Origin: Phoronis australis
Taxonomy: Eukaryota > Animalia > Phoronida
Assembly (NCBI GenBank): GCA_002633005.1
Contig: NMRA01000185.1
Location: 152,892 to 216,891 of the forward strand
Length of the DNA: 64,000 bases
Reading direction: 5' to 3'
This document shows, piece after piece, positions 27,201-60,138 of the stretch. How positions within the stretch are numbered: the first letter of the stretch is position 1; each line of letters begins with the position of its first letter. The notes under the pieces were generated by a model that did no database searches, was not told the DNA's origin, and saw only the letters and a list, made by a program, of their open reading frames with translations. The position numbers and the translations under genes were made by a program.

Positions 27201-30200
27201 CAGTCCAACCTCCTATCTCCAGCTCTGGCAAGAATCAGCTGTAATTCCGATATAGTTTCAAACTTCTGTGGCACTTTGCACGACCTCAGATGACTTCTGA
27301 CGTCTTTAACACACCTAATGAAGGCCACATTTCCTCCGCGATCACACGTATGTAACGAAAATTGACCAAATGTACAAGAAGGAAATTCCTCCATATTCTT
27401 TGCAGTGACAGGAAGTGCATGTAATCTCGAACCCTAAAGTGCTATTGGTAAAGTTAAACGAAGAATGGAGTGTTTTAGAAAATTGGGGTCTCAAAAGTGA
27501 AATTTAAATTTTTGTGATATTCCATTGTTGATATTAGATCATATATTTTAGGTGATATCTCTAAACTAAAAGAGTAGCCTCAACTCTCTTGTCAGTCAGA
27601 GTAAGGCCACATCACAAAAATGCCCAAATTCGCGGGCCACGTTTAATACTAAATATATAAGAGACAAGTTTTTTTAAAAGCAATTATCAACGTTCAATCT
27701 TAGAAGTGTCTACAAAGAGAATTTCAACTTCAAATATATTCCGATATAGCAGGCAGGTTAAGCAACATCTTGCCACTTGTGACTGGCCTGAAAAGTGGTC
27801 TTGGAGTTTTCTCCCCTGCTGGAAATTTAATTGTACCTATGAGTTGCAAATTTCATTTTCTTACTAACCTTACATGAGTCTTTATGACCATCAATGTCAA
27901 ACTTTGTCACCAGTTTTCCAAGTCTGATTTTTTGCCGTTCAAAAAATGCAGTTTTACTGACATGAAAAAATGCAAAATATGACTTTATAGCCAAATAGGT
28001 CATATCTCGGTAACCAAAGGTCATTGAGTGCAAATATTGCAGCAGTGTACTTTGGGCCAGCATCCCAACACATGCACAAAGTATTAGTTCTGTATGAATT
28101 TTTGAGTATATAGTGATTTTTCATTTTCATATGGTTTTTATATGGAATCATTCTTAAATTGTCTGAATGAATTTTTTGTATTTGAAAAAATCTATGTTGG
28201 ATGAGTGTAATTTGGGAAATATGTTTCGGCTTCATAGATTAGCTGTAAAATATGTCATTTGTTGTTGCAAAACTGTTTCCGGTTTAATTGTAATTCTTTA
28301 TTTGCGGGATTGTAGTCATATAGAAAATGTGTGTTAACATAATCAGCTAATTGTTTCCCCTTGCACATGAAGTTAACCTGACCCAGTAGTGTGTAAATTC
28401 TTCATTGCTGTACATAATATGCATTTTGTCTGGCCAGTACTGTAATTGTCTCCGCTTGCACTGGATGTTAACCTAACCCAGTACGGTGTGAATTCTTCAT
28501 TGCTGGACAAAACATGTGTTTTGTCAGACCAGAATCATAATTGTCTCCCCTTGCACAGGACGTTAACGCTGCGCAGTACTGTGAGTGCTTCATAGCTGAA
28601 CAGAACATGGTTGGAGTGGGCATCGGCTTCGCCTGCCGTGACCGCACTGTTGCCTTCTGTAGCACGTTCGCCGCCTTCCTGAGTCGTGCCTACGACCAGA
28701 TCCGCATGGCCGCCGTCTCATTCACCAACTGTAACTTTGTGGGCTCTCACTGCGGCGTCTCTATAGGTGAGTGGGTAACGAGTGTCAAGGTGTCTTCTTC
28801 ACCGGCAGCCATTGTGTCACTTTTCAGTTGAGAAAGTATATCTGCTGTTGAGATGGCATGGTGTGTTAATATTCACTTAATTGGCACTAAAATGCAAAAA
28901 TTGTCATTTTTATGCGTCCGCTGCTCTATCTCTAAAACACCTCGACGTATCTTCATGTCATTTTGCACGTGTTCCTTCCGTGGATGGGACGGCATGAGCG
29001 AACTTTCGGACGGATCCGACTACCGGTGTGCCCCCCAGTGGCACATATAGCTTTTTACATTTACCTCTGTATCTTCAAAGTCCTGAACGGATTTTCATAA
29101 AACTTGGTATATTGGCACCTATTAGTAAGATGACGCTGTCATACCGTTTTCGGGTGGATTCAACATAGTTTTAGCAACCTAGTGGCCATTTTTACTGTTT
29201 TCGAGTCTGTTTTTTTGCGTCCACCCCTCTGTCTCAAAGGATGATTGTGAAAATTGGCACGTATGTTCTGACTATGAAGTGGACGGCTGACGATAATTTT
29301 CCAACGGTTTCGACTACTGTGGCGCCTCCTAGTGGAAGTTTTGTTTTTTTTGCGCCTATGGCTGTATCTTCTAAACGGTTCAAAGGATCTTTACTAAATT
29401 TAGTAAGTGTATTTATATAATGTTGACAATGGACGACAACAACTTTTGGACGGATCTGACTACTGGTGTGCCCCCTAGTGGCAATTTCATTTTTTTACGT
29501 TTACCTCTGTATGTTCAAAGGTCCTCAACGTATTTTCATAAAATTTGGCATACAGGCATCTGTTAATGAGGTGATGCTATCTCATCGTTTTCAGATGGAT
29601 TCGACCTAGTTTGCGCCACCTAGTGGCCACTTTTGCTGTTTTCGAGTATATTTTTTGGCACCCACTCCTCTATCAACCAAACCGCTTTTAGGATAAGTGT
29701 GTGGATGGCTGATGATGATTTTCCAACAAGTTCGACTACTGTGGCGCCTCATAGTGTCAGTTTTGTTTTTTGCGCTTATCGCTGTATCTCCTAAACCGTT
29801 TGCAGGATCTTTACTTAATTTAGCAAGTGTATTTATATGATGTTGACAACGGATGACGACGACTTTCAGACGGATCTGACTTTTGGTGTGCCCTCTAGTG
29901 GCAATTTTATTTTTTAATGTTTACCAGTCTGTATCTTCAAAGGTCCGCAACAGATTTTCATAAAATTTTGAATATAGCCATCTAGTGGTGAGATGATGCT
30001 ATCATCCTGTTTTTGGATGGAATCGAGGTATTTTGCGCCACCTGGTGGCCATTTTTGCTGTTTTCAAATCTTGTTTTTGGTGTCAACCCCTTGATCAACC
30101 AAATCATTCTGGGGATGGTTTTGAAAATTGGCGTATATGTTTTCAGTGTGAAGAGGACGTTTGATGATGGCGACTGACTACTGTGGGGCTTCTTAGTGAT

Positions 30201-33200
30201 AGTTTTGTTTTGTTTTTCGCCCATAACTGTATCTCCAAAACCCACTGCAGGATCTTTATTAAATTTAGTAAGTGAATTTATGTGAAGATAACAGACAATG
30301 ACTGTCAGGCGGATCAAACGGACGCTGTGCCCACAAGTGGCAATTTCATTTTGTACTGTTTTCCTTCGTTTCTCTGAAGTTCCTTGACAGATTTTATGAA
30401 ATATGGCATAATCCCGTTTTTGGATGGAGTGTACGTTTTTTTGCGCCATCTAGTGGCCATTTTTATGATACAAATAAATAACCCTAAAAGCACACCATTT
30501 GCGATGCATTCGTGGGCACATTTCAACGCTCCGCGTTGCTCTTGTTCACCTTTTCAAAGGCTGACTGTCTTTGCTACAAATAATGGAAACTTTGTCAAAT
30601 GTTGTTTCTAGACATCTACGTCGCAGTACAAGTTTAGCTAATGATGATTAATTGAAATTTTGTCAATATTTTTTTGATGAAATTTGACGAAATAAGTTTT
30701 CAGTTCACCGCCAGTTTGAGTGCTGAATAGGTGAAAAAGTTTCGTAATTCACTAAAATTTTGTTAATGTTCATTTTTGTTGAAATAAGACAAAAATGAAT
30801 TTTCACTCCATCGCCGGTTTGTATGCTGAATAAGTGAAGAATTTTCGTAAATCAATAAAATTTTATTAATGTTTGTTTTTGTTGAAGTTGGACTAAATAA
30901 GTTTTCACTTTACCTCCAGTGAAGAATTTCCGTGATTCTCGCAGCATGTTATGTCTTAACTGTATACAGGTGAGGACGGACCGTCACAGATGGCTCTAGA
31001 AGATGTGGCCATGTTCAGGGCTATCCCTGGGTGCACCGTGCTGTATCCTAGCGACGCCGTCTCCATGGAGAGAGCTGTAGAGCTGGTAGCTAACACCAAA
31101 GGGATGACCTTCATCCGTAGCACGCGTGCTGACTGCCCCGTTATTTACAACAACCATGAGACTTTCGAAGTTGGAAAAGCCAAGGTGTGTGGAGTGGACG
31201 TAAATTACGACGGTGATAGAAACTGCTAAAACAAATGGCTTCACAAATGCATGTCCCACTTAATATTAATTTCTAGGAAATTTAGTCCATACTTGCAATT
31301 GTACTGGAAGTAATGTAGAGATTATTTTGCTGGAGTTTTTGACACTGTCTTATACTCATGCACCTAAGATGTTGACAGGTGTCCCTTGTACACGCGCAGG
31401 TAATACTCGGTTATAACGTGCTCACATTTTGAGAATGAGTTTTCTCCACTGAATAACCGGCATCAGCTGGTTCTCAAAATGTGGGCACGTCATGTCCGAC
31501 TATTGCCCACGCACATGTCTTAAACCCGGAAGTTTGAGTATTCTACACATTCTTTGTATTTTTCAATTACAGTGCAATACGAAATATTGTTTTCCCATCA
31601 TGGCGACCAATTCTGCTTACAGCTAAAATTACTGATTAAGTATTAGGGCAGCAAAACTCTTACTACGCATTGACTTATCCACCTTACTAACTTTCCTGTT
31701 AACTCCATCTCATTCCCAATGATGAGGGAAGACTACTCAGACAATTAATTCAGCTTCCGTCCAGCCAACATGACGGGGAATGCTGGTCATTTTGTCAGAA
31801 TATTTTTGGCTTGCGCTACGCATAAATTACGTCCATTCCAACGTTTCCTGGAACGGGCGGCCATGTAAATACTGTGCTTGAGATCACGTGCCTATTCATG
31901 TTTATTACACCTATTGTCATCCTGTACAGGTTGTCCGTCAGAGTGACAGCGACCAGGTAACTGTGATAGGCGCAGGTGTGACACTGGTGGCAGCTATGGA
32001 GGCAGCCAATCAACTGGCTGAGGCAGGCATCAACTGTCGCGTCATTGACCCATTCTGTATCAAGCCCCTGGACGAGAACACCATACTGTCCAGCGCTAAA
32101 CTGACCGGTGGCCGTGTCGTGGTGGTAGAGGATCATTACTATGAAGGTAAGGGGAGCAAGGGGAACCTACTTGGTTGATTGAAAGGGACGTTATCGGCGG
32201 ATTGAAGACAGTTTGTTTTTTTTGAGATCATTCGCAGCGCAGAGCTTATCCTGGACGCAACAAAATTTGAAATTGGCTCACGTGAAAAACGACCACTTGC
32301 TTTCGCAACACTCAAGAGGTTGTATGTGGGATGCTATTGTGCCAGTAATGGATATTCACCTGATTAACTGAACCTAAAGCTACATACTGAAGGGACACTA
32401 CCAGCGAGAAAAATAATTTTCTGATATCAGCCTCGGTCCTGAATTGAACCTACAACATGGAAGTTGCAACCCAACACTCTGCTGGGGAAGTTAAATCTCA
32501 TTTGATATATGTCAGAGTGTTCTAAGGGTAACTGGTAAATTCACTGACCTCCATTTCATTTAAGGTCTGGCAGGCAACAGCGGGAATTGGCGATTTGTAA
32601 TAAAAACACAAAACAGATTTTGTTGTTATACAGCTATGGTCAAAACTGATGACTTCTAAAAGTGTCCAACAATATTCACAAAAATGCATTTTTCGAACCG
32701 TGTAAAAATAGTAATATAGATCTAAGAATCCTGGTTCAATTTTTGCTATTTTTATGGTGAGTGATGTAATGTTCATTTAATTTATTTGAATTTCTTTTAA
32801 AAGACTGGGTGACCACTTCAGTGATTTTCAAGTGGGTCCAGTCATAAATAATTACATGGTAAAATACTGAGAGCTATGTACAATGAGATTGAAAGGATTA
32901 ATAAATAAAATTATTTAAATTATAAAAATTTGTTAATATGCAAAATTAGATGAATTAAAATAAAGTAAGAGTAAAATAATGATAAGCTGATGCATAGAGT
33001 CTCGAACTGTGCACAAAGTCCTAGTGTTTCTGTTTGAATACATGGACATTGGGTGTATTCGCGTGACGGTAGTCCCCAGCCCGTTGTAAACGATAGTACC
33101 CTCGTAGGCAAAAGTTCTTTAGCCGCAATTGTTTTTAGGTTTATCTAGTACCAGGCAGCCAGAAACACTTGCCCTAGTATAGTAATTGTAAGAATCTCCG

Positions 33201-34335
33201 ACTGCTTTGAATTTAGTAGTGAGGTAATTAGGTGTAAGGCTATGTGTGGCTTTTTATGCGCCCACATATTTATATGTGGACGCATTAANTTGCGCCCATG
33301 GCTGTATCTCCCAAACCGTTTGCAGGATCTTTACTAATTTAACAAGTGTATTTATGTGATGTTGACAACGGACGATGACGACTTTAGGATGATTCTGACT
33401 ACCGGTATGCCTCTAGTGGCAATTTAAATATTTCACATTGACCTCTGTATTTTCATAGGTCTTCAGGTGTATACTTTGTGTTACTTCGCGACTATGAAGG
33501 AAAAGTTCCAAGTAGAAATTTGTTTCTGGCATTCTAATGCTGTGCTAATCTTGTTTGTTGGTAAATTTGTTTTTAATTCTATGTTTCTGTGGTGCTTTAA
33601 GCAACTGATGCATAGGATGTGCTTGTATTATGAAGATCACTCACATTTTGAAACCTAGCCTATTGAGGAGACAATGACCATGCCTTTCCATTTTGCAAAG
33701 TACAACATACTACATATATGCCCTATACTGGCCACTTTATGGTACCAATAAACAACCCTAGAAGGATACCATATACGGTGCAATTGTGGGCGCATTTCAA
33801 CGCTCTGCGTGCTCTTGTTACACCATGAAGTTACAACGCCACACATAACCTTACACCAAATTACATCACTACTAAAGTCAAAGCAGTCAGAGATTCTCAT
33901 TATTACACTAGAGCAAATGTTTCTGGATCCCTGGTGCCAGATAAACCTAAAAACAACTGTATCAAAAGAAACTTAATACCTACAGAGGTGCTGTCGCTGG
34001 GGACTGCTGTCTCGAAAGCATCCGATGTTCACGTCTTGAATGCTGCGTTATTCATTATTCAATGTCTTGCTGTATTTTGTTGATTCGGATGATCAAATAA
34101 CATCCATACAATGCACTACAGCATGTTGGCATTATGCTCTCAAACTTGTCTTTATGTTTCAGGTGGCCTAGGGGAAGCAGTCAAATCGGCGTGTGCGACA
34201 TCAAGAGATGTGGTGGTGCGCCACCTAGCAGTGGGTGCAGTACCTCGCAGCGGGCCGTCTAAAGCACTGATGACTATTTTTGGTATCGACTCGACCGCGG
34301 TGATCAGAGCAGTAAAGGAGGTGTTGAAGATGTAA
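9165..34335 (+). CDS. TKT: Transketolase, complete 12-exon gene, 1884-nt CDS, 627 aa
   Basis: Exon lengths 107+118+114+98+192+128+200+114+208+215+217+173=1884, all GT-AG and in phase. Motifs GSGHPTS, LSKGHA, LEGHPTP, TGSLGQG, TPP-binding [55 protein letters not shown]. Confidence 0.97.
9609..12052. repeat. ~845-bp direct duplication (9609-10452 and 11204-12052) across the N gap
   Basis: Both copies start AAGGTCGCACATTCC and run to AAAGAGAATGAAG; copy 1 stops exactly at the N (10453). Confidence 0.85.
10454..11199. mobile_element. Right part of a TA-flanked TIR element (Tc1/mariner-like MITE)
   Basis: Ends ..ACGACTTTAGGGCACTGACGACTTTAGGACCTCTGACAG|TA; the internal motif CCTAAAGTCGTGA recurs in both orientations (about 10530, 10728, 11160); left end lost in the gap. 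Confidence 0.55.
12661..12900. mobile_element. 240-bp MITE with CAGGG..CCCTG ends
   Basis: CAGGGATTGAAAT / ATTCCAAGCCCTG imperfect TIR, flanked by direct repeat ATCAAG (GATCAAGC if the boundaries shift one base). Confidence 0.6.
13850..13967 (+). CDS. TKT: Transketolase exon 2
   Basis: tttcag|[24 protein letters not shown]...DRLVLSK|gttagt. Confidence 0.95.
14818..14931 (+). CDS. TKT: Transketolase exon 3
   Basis: gacag|[11 protein letters not shown]...[14 protein letters not shown]|gtaggt. Confidence 0.95.
15969..17878. mobile_element. 1.9-kb non-autonomous Kolobok-type element in TKT intron 3
   Basis: TIR GGTAGGTGTATACAC / GTGTATCCACCTACC (1 mismatch), TTAA on both sides (15965-15968, 17879-17882). 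Confidence 0.8.
18051..18148 (+). CDS. TKT: Transketolase exon 4
   Basis: ttcag|[33 protein letters not shown]|gtaagg. Confidence 0.95.
18706..18897 (+). CDS. TKT: Transketolase exon 5 (TPP-binding motif)
   Basis: tttag|[20 protein letters not shown]...[10 protein letters not shown]...LQSFG|gtatgg. Confidence 0.95.
19445..19572 (+). CDS. TKT: Transketolase exon 6
   Basis: ccag|[11 protein letters not shown]...[16 protein letters not shown]|gtaagt. Confidence 0.95.
20085..20275. repeat. Three degenerate ~70-bp tandem units downstream of the SGNH ORF
   Basis: AACTGAAGTA(A/G)(G/A)CACCCA..GT..TAC(C)AGATAG recurs at about 20087, 20157 and 20229. Confidence 0.7.
20403..21008 (-). CDS. Intact intronless SGNH/GDSL hydrolase ORF (201 aa from ATG), antisense in TKT intron 6; probably retrotransposon-derived
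   Basis: Block I ILGSSYV, block II GLSGA, block III QIAGND, block V RPDLLHLN; no stops; ATG at 21008; GC-richer than the host intron. Confidence 0.75.
   Translation of the reverse strand: MPPSCLILGSSYVRWLDAYLNSPAATDQGLTNLGFHASSVSINSLGLSGATLAPGPRSVRHLTPAIAEFSATLVFLQIAGNDLSHPQSHPLSLAHDLISFSESIIQSYPSVQSVIIGMVFLRFHDDGTFNTRCQSLNFHLKCLLADHPTVFLWTHRGGFWQDPLHLYRPDLLHLNPSGIRKQALSVRFAFGHHLRRLGLLS
21875..22074 (+). CDS. TKT: Transketolase exon 7
   Basis: ctcag|[12 protein letters not shown]...PPKYELGQK|gtaggg. Confidence 0.95.
23060..23173 (+). CDS. TKT: Transketolase exon 8
   Basis: cccag|[15 protein letters not shown]...[16 protein letters not shown]|gtaact. Confidence 0.95.
23415..27420 (-). mobile_element. 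Sola3 DNA transposon, internally deleted, one terminus visible, in TKT intron 8
   Basis: TTAA|GAGCAATTCC terminus at 23415 (Sola3 hallmark: TTAA TSD, GAG..CTC ends) plus transposase remnants; matching second terminus not found. Confidence 0.75.
25214..27394 (-). pseudogene. Sola3 DDD transposase pseudogene with an intron (about 26418-26898)
   Basis: [17 protein letters not shown]; [27 protein letters not shown]; [11 protein letters not shown]; [18 protein letters not shown]; IPGIS..F..GIRAWKA; C2H2 [15 protein letters not shown]; [14 protein letters not shown]. Stops and frameshifts present. Confidence 0.85.
28348..28610 (+). repeat. 95-bp tandem triplication spanning the TKT exon 9 acceptor
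   Basis: TAATTGT(T/C)TCC.CTTGCAC.. at 28348, 28443 and 28538, each followed by GTTAAC..CAGTA..TTCAT.GCTG. Confidence 0.85.
28559..28766 (+). CDS. TKT: Transketolase exon 9
   Basis: cacag|[19 protein letters not shown]...RAYDQIRM...SHCGVSI-G|gtgagt. Confidence 0.95.
28901..30546 (-). mobile_element. Pearl/HINE-like (Helentron-associated) element with ~143-bp tandem core, copy A
   Basis: Reverse complement of the 37747 copy: 5' head AACAAGAGCAACGCGGAGCGTTGAAATG at 30546; repeated GCC.C.TAGTGG motifs; 3' microsatellite and hairpin arm deleted. Confidence 0.8.
30640..30935. repeat. ~103-bp degenerate tandem repeat, about 2.7 copies
   Basis: Recurrent AAATAAGTTTTCA..CC.CC.GT and TGCTGAATA.GTGAA.AA.TTTCGTAA.TCA.TAAAATTTT.TTAATGTT; related sequence at about 60810-60900. 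Confidence 0.7.
30970..31184 (+). CDS. TKT: Transketolase exon 10
   Basis: tacag|[20 protein letters not shown]...YPSDAVS...FEVGKAK|gtgtgt. Confidence 0.95.
31390..31517. repeat. Small fold-back hairpin/MITE
   Basis: ACGTGCTCACATTTTGAGAA (31416-31435) inverted with TTCTCAAAATGTGGGCACGT (31471-31490), with weaker pairing outward. Confidence 0.65.
31930..32146 (+). CDS. TKT: Transketolase exon 11
   Basis: tacag|[19 protein letters not shown]...[10 protein letters not shown]...VEDHYYE-G|gtaagg. Confidence 0.95.
33030..34042. repeat. ~210-bp inverted-repeat arms (about 33030-33250 and 33838-34042) enclosing HINE copy B
   Basis: e.g. TTGTTTTTAGGTTTATCT / AGATAAACCTAAAAACAA; GACTGCTTTGA / TCAAAGCAGTC; GGTGTAAGGCTATGTGTGGC / GCCACACATAACCTTACACC. 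Confidence 0.85.
33251..33819 (-). mobile_element. Pearl/HINE-like element copy B (contains N gap at 33289)
   Basis: 3' hairpin ATGCGCCCACATATTTATATGTGGACGCAT at 33256-33285; 5' head GCATTTCAACGCTCTGCGTGCTCTTGTT ending 33819. Confidence 0.75.
34163..34335 (+). CDS. TKT: Transketolase exon 12 (terminal)
   Basis: ttcag|GLGEAV...VPRSGP...IFGID...VKEVLKM*. Confidence 0.95.
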
Positions 34336-35191
34336 TGACCGACAATCGTCGTTGTTGCGGCTAGCACGGGCCATCGTATACGCAGAGGATCGTGGGATAG
34401 CTGTCATGCAGAGCAGCATCGACAGTAGAAGATATGTGATATATAGAAATCACTTCATTGCAGTACCATTTCAAGCAGCCAGAGGTTACTTTTTCCTATG
34501 TACGAATATACAGGTAGAATCTTTTCAAAATCAAGTGCCAGTTTCCCGGGCAGACTATCGCCTTCGTGACATCATTGATTTAAGATTGGATGACTCGAAT
34601 GTCACATATTTATGCTCGAGGAAGCACACGCATTGTTTTTTCGCTTTCCGTGGGAGTGGTCGCGTGACACAAGATCAAGAAATTAAAGGTGTAGCTCAGT
34701 GATTGCTGTTAGCAATTGAACAGGGCACTCGTTGTGCACTTTTTTGGAGGTGCTGTGGTTTCTTTCATTAAATGCAGAATAAGGGTAACTATTAACATAG
34801 GCATAAAACCTTTTGTCGACTACAAGTGGGCCTTGGGTTTTTGACAAAATGAGCCGTTGTAGTTTGATGAAGTGTGTGACTAGCTTTGTATAAGAATACT
34901 AATGAATACAGGTTGGAAAGTTTTTGACAAATTTGCTCACGCGTTGACGGATTAGGATACGTCCATTATTGTTTATGCTACAAAATTGCTAGATGCAGGT
35001 GTTTGTGGTCGTAACAGATATGCTTGTTCTAGTTTGGATTATTTGAAGTGATGTGACATAATCTATGCATTTACTCCTGTACTCGTTTGAAATTCATCTC
35101 TGTGAGAATGGGCAAGTTGGCCTGCTTCATGAATGATCGCAATACAAATTAACTGTATGGAACATTATTATGTGATTGATTTTGCCAAGAA

Positions 35192-35197
35192 AATAAA
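35192..35197 (+). terminator. Candidate TKT polyadenylation signal
   Basis: AATAAA about 860 nt after the stop, followed by T-rich sequence. Confidence 0.5.
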
Positions 35198-37526
35198 TTC
35201 CAAACAATTATGCAGGGCAAGCTGCAATTTCTTTTATGGGCGTTTGAACAATTATGTTTAAGTAGCCTTTACTCAGCACAATCGTCTCAATTTCCACCAT
35301 GTGGATTTACAATTTAGGTTTAAAGCACTTGGGTCCCGAAATGTCACCTACGAACGTTTTTTTTTTTTGATATTTTCTTTTGTACTAAAATTCACATTTG
35401 CGTTTTTACAAGAATATTTTCATTTACTCTGTGGCCACTAGATTCAAGCTATGACTTGAAATTTAGAATTCAGACTTTGTCTTGCTGTAGAGTCTCCTCT
35501 AGTAATAACTTGAATCGGTGTCTGTAAAAATTCATCATGCATTCAAATTCAGTTGTCCTGAGTTTACAATAATTTGAACAGGAAATGAAATTCCAATTTA
35601 GAGATAGGATTTTAGCCCTTGATATTTTAATGCCAAAACCATGTCATCATTTTCGTTTCAGAATGGAGTCCCTGCTACATGATCATGTATTTTTACTGTA
35701 CCTATAAATTTGAGCTACAATCCCCTAAACATCAGACCCTGATCAGCAATTCCGCGGTACAAATCCCCACACCCACATGCTAGATTCCACACACCCATCG
35801 GAAATGCACGGTACCAGGGCACACCTCCAATTGCAACCATGGAATTTTGTTCCGCGGAATTCGATCACTAGGTATGAAACATTTTCGGTGACAGTCTGGT
35901 GATTTGTACCATGCATTTGTCGTCTGCTAGTCCTCAACTTCAGAGATTGCAGTTGGAATTTAGAGGCACAGACATGTTGTTTTATTGCACGCCTTGAAAT
36001 TTCAGAATTTGAAGAAAAAGATACCCTATCACATTTCATTAAGTTTTTAAACGTAATGACTTCCATGTTGATCATTTGGGCATAGATAAAAACAAGACTA
36101 GTAATGGGTTTTAATCATAGACTCTCTAAAAGCAACAAAATCACACATCAAAATAAGTGTTAAAATCACAGCAAAATTCACAAGATTACATAGTAGTGTA
36201 CCTAACAAACATTTGTATTGAATCACAGCAAAGTCCACTGATCTAATGTGATCTTGTTAAAAATGGCCCAACAATCACAGAAAATTCATTTCTTGGTAGC
36301 ATAATGATTTGGTTCATCTTCTGTTGTTCAAATGTAGCGAGTTATTGATTGTTATTACATAATACAACACTGAACGAAATGGTGTTCCATAGGTTGCTTA
36401 AACAGAAACAATCACAACTTGAGAAGTTTGAGACTTGAGCTTAACCCAATAAAACACTGTGATACTTTTTCAACAAATTTCTGAACCTGTGATGTCACAG
36501 TCACATGGTACAGATGCAATATTGGAGGTGATATGCGTGCACTCCATGCATAAGATAATGACACATCAGACCTCATTTTTTGCTTTGTCAGAGATATTTG
36601 ATGGCAAATTCAGAACCAAGTACCTTCCAAGTATTTGGTAAGTTATAATATATTCAAAATGTTGTCTCAACTGACTTGATTTTGCTTAATTTTCAACATC
36701 GGGGTGTCTGTGTTGCATTGTCCTAGACACGGACCAGCGAAACAGAGATGCAAAGGTATGGGCTTATAGGTAAGATCTTGCGATACATCTCGTGCAAAAA
36801 GCATCGTATTAATGAAAATAACTAGAAATCTTGAGCATAGAGAATTAAAGAGCTAACTAAATTAAGATAATCACAACCTCTTCTTATCTGATTACTTAGA
36901 TGTTGCTAATTATCAATCATATTTTCCACCTGTCCAAATGTAATCAGTGAAGTGTTATTAATTAGTACAACCCTTACAAATCGCCAGCTCAATTCGTGTT
37001 CAGTTTCAGCAATTAAGTCAAAAAACGTCTAAAAAGCTTGAGCAAAGATAAGCAGACATTGGGGTAGGTATCGTACAGAACTTGAACATGAAACAGCAAT
37101 GTGTTGCTGTTACGTATTACACAATTTGAAGACGCGAGAAAATAATTATCCACCACATAGTTTCCTAAATGGGCCAGATCTTAAAGAATGGCCGCTAACA
37201 TGAAAGTCTAACACTTGATCCTTGATAGTTCCACATCTGAACAGCCACTGAACAGATAACATCCTTATGCAATGTATACACTTATGATTTTAAGGTGAAG
37301 AAAATCAAAAATAACTTCAACTAACAAACCAATTATCTTTGATAATTACATAAATTCTTGAACAGTCGGAGTTTAGATTTCACATATTCCATGAAAATGG
37401 GGAAGAAAAGTAGATACTTGCTTGACTTGTGTTAAAACTTGAAGGAAATTTGTAAGTAATCAATATGACGTTTTAATGTTAGTTCCATCAGTACTTGAAC
37501 ATCCACTTAGCAGACCTCGTCTTCAC

Positions 37527-60138
<22,612 letters not shown>

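Noticed and set aside
28901-30546. Regularly spaced conserved motifs resembling a CRISPR array
   Set aside because: Eukaryotic intron, the spacers are homologous to one another, and there are no cas genes; it is a TE tandem core.
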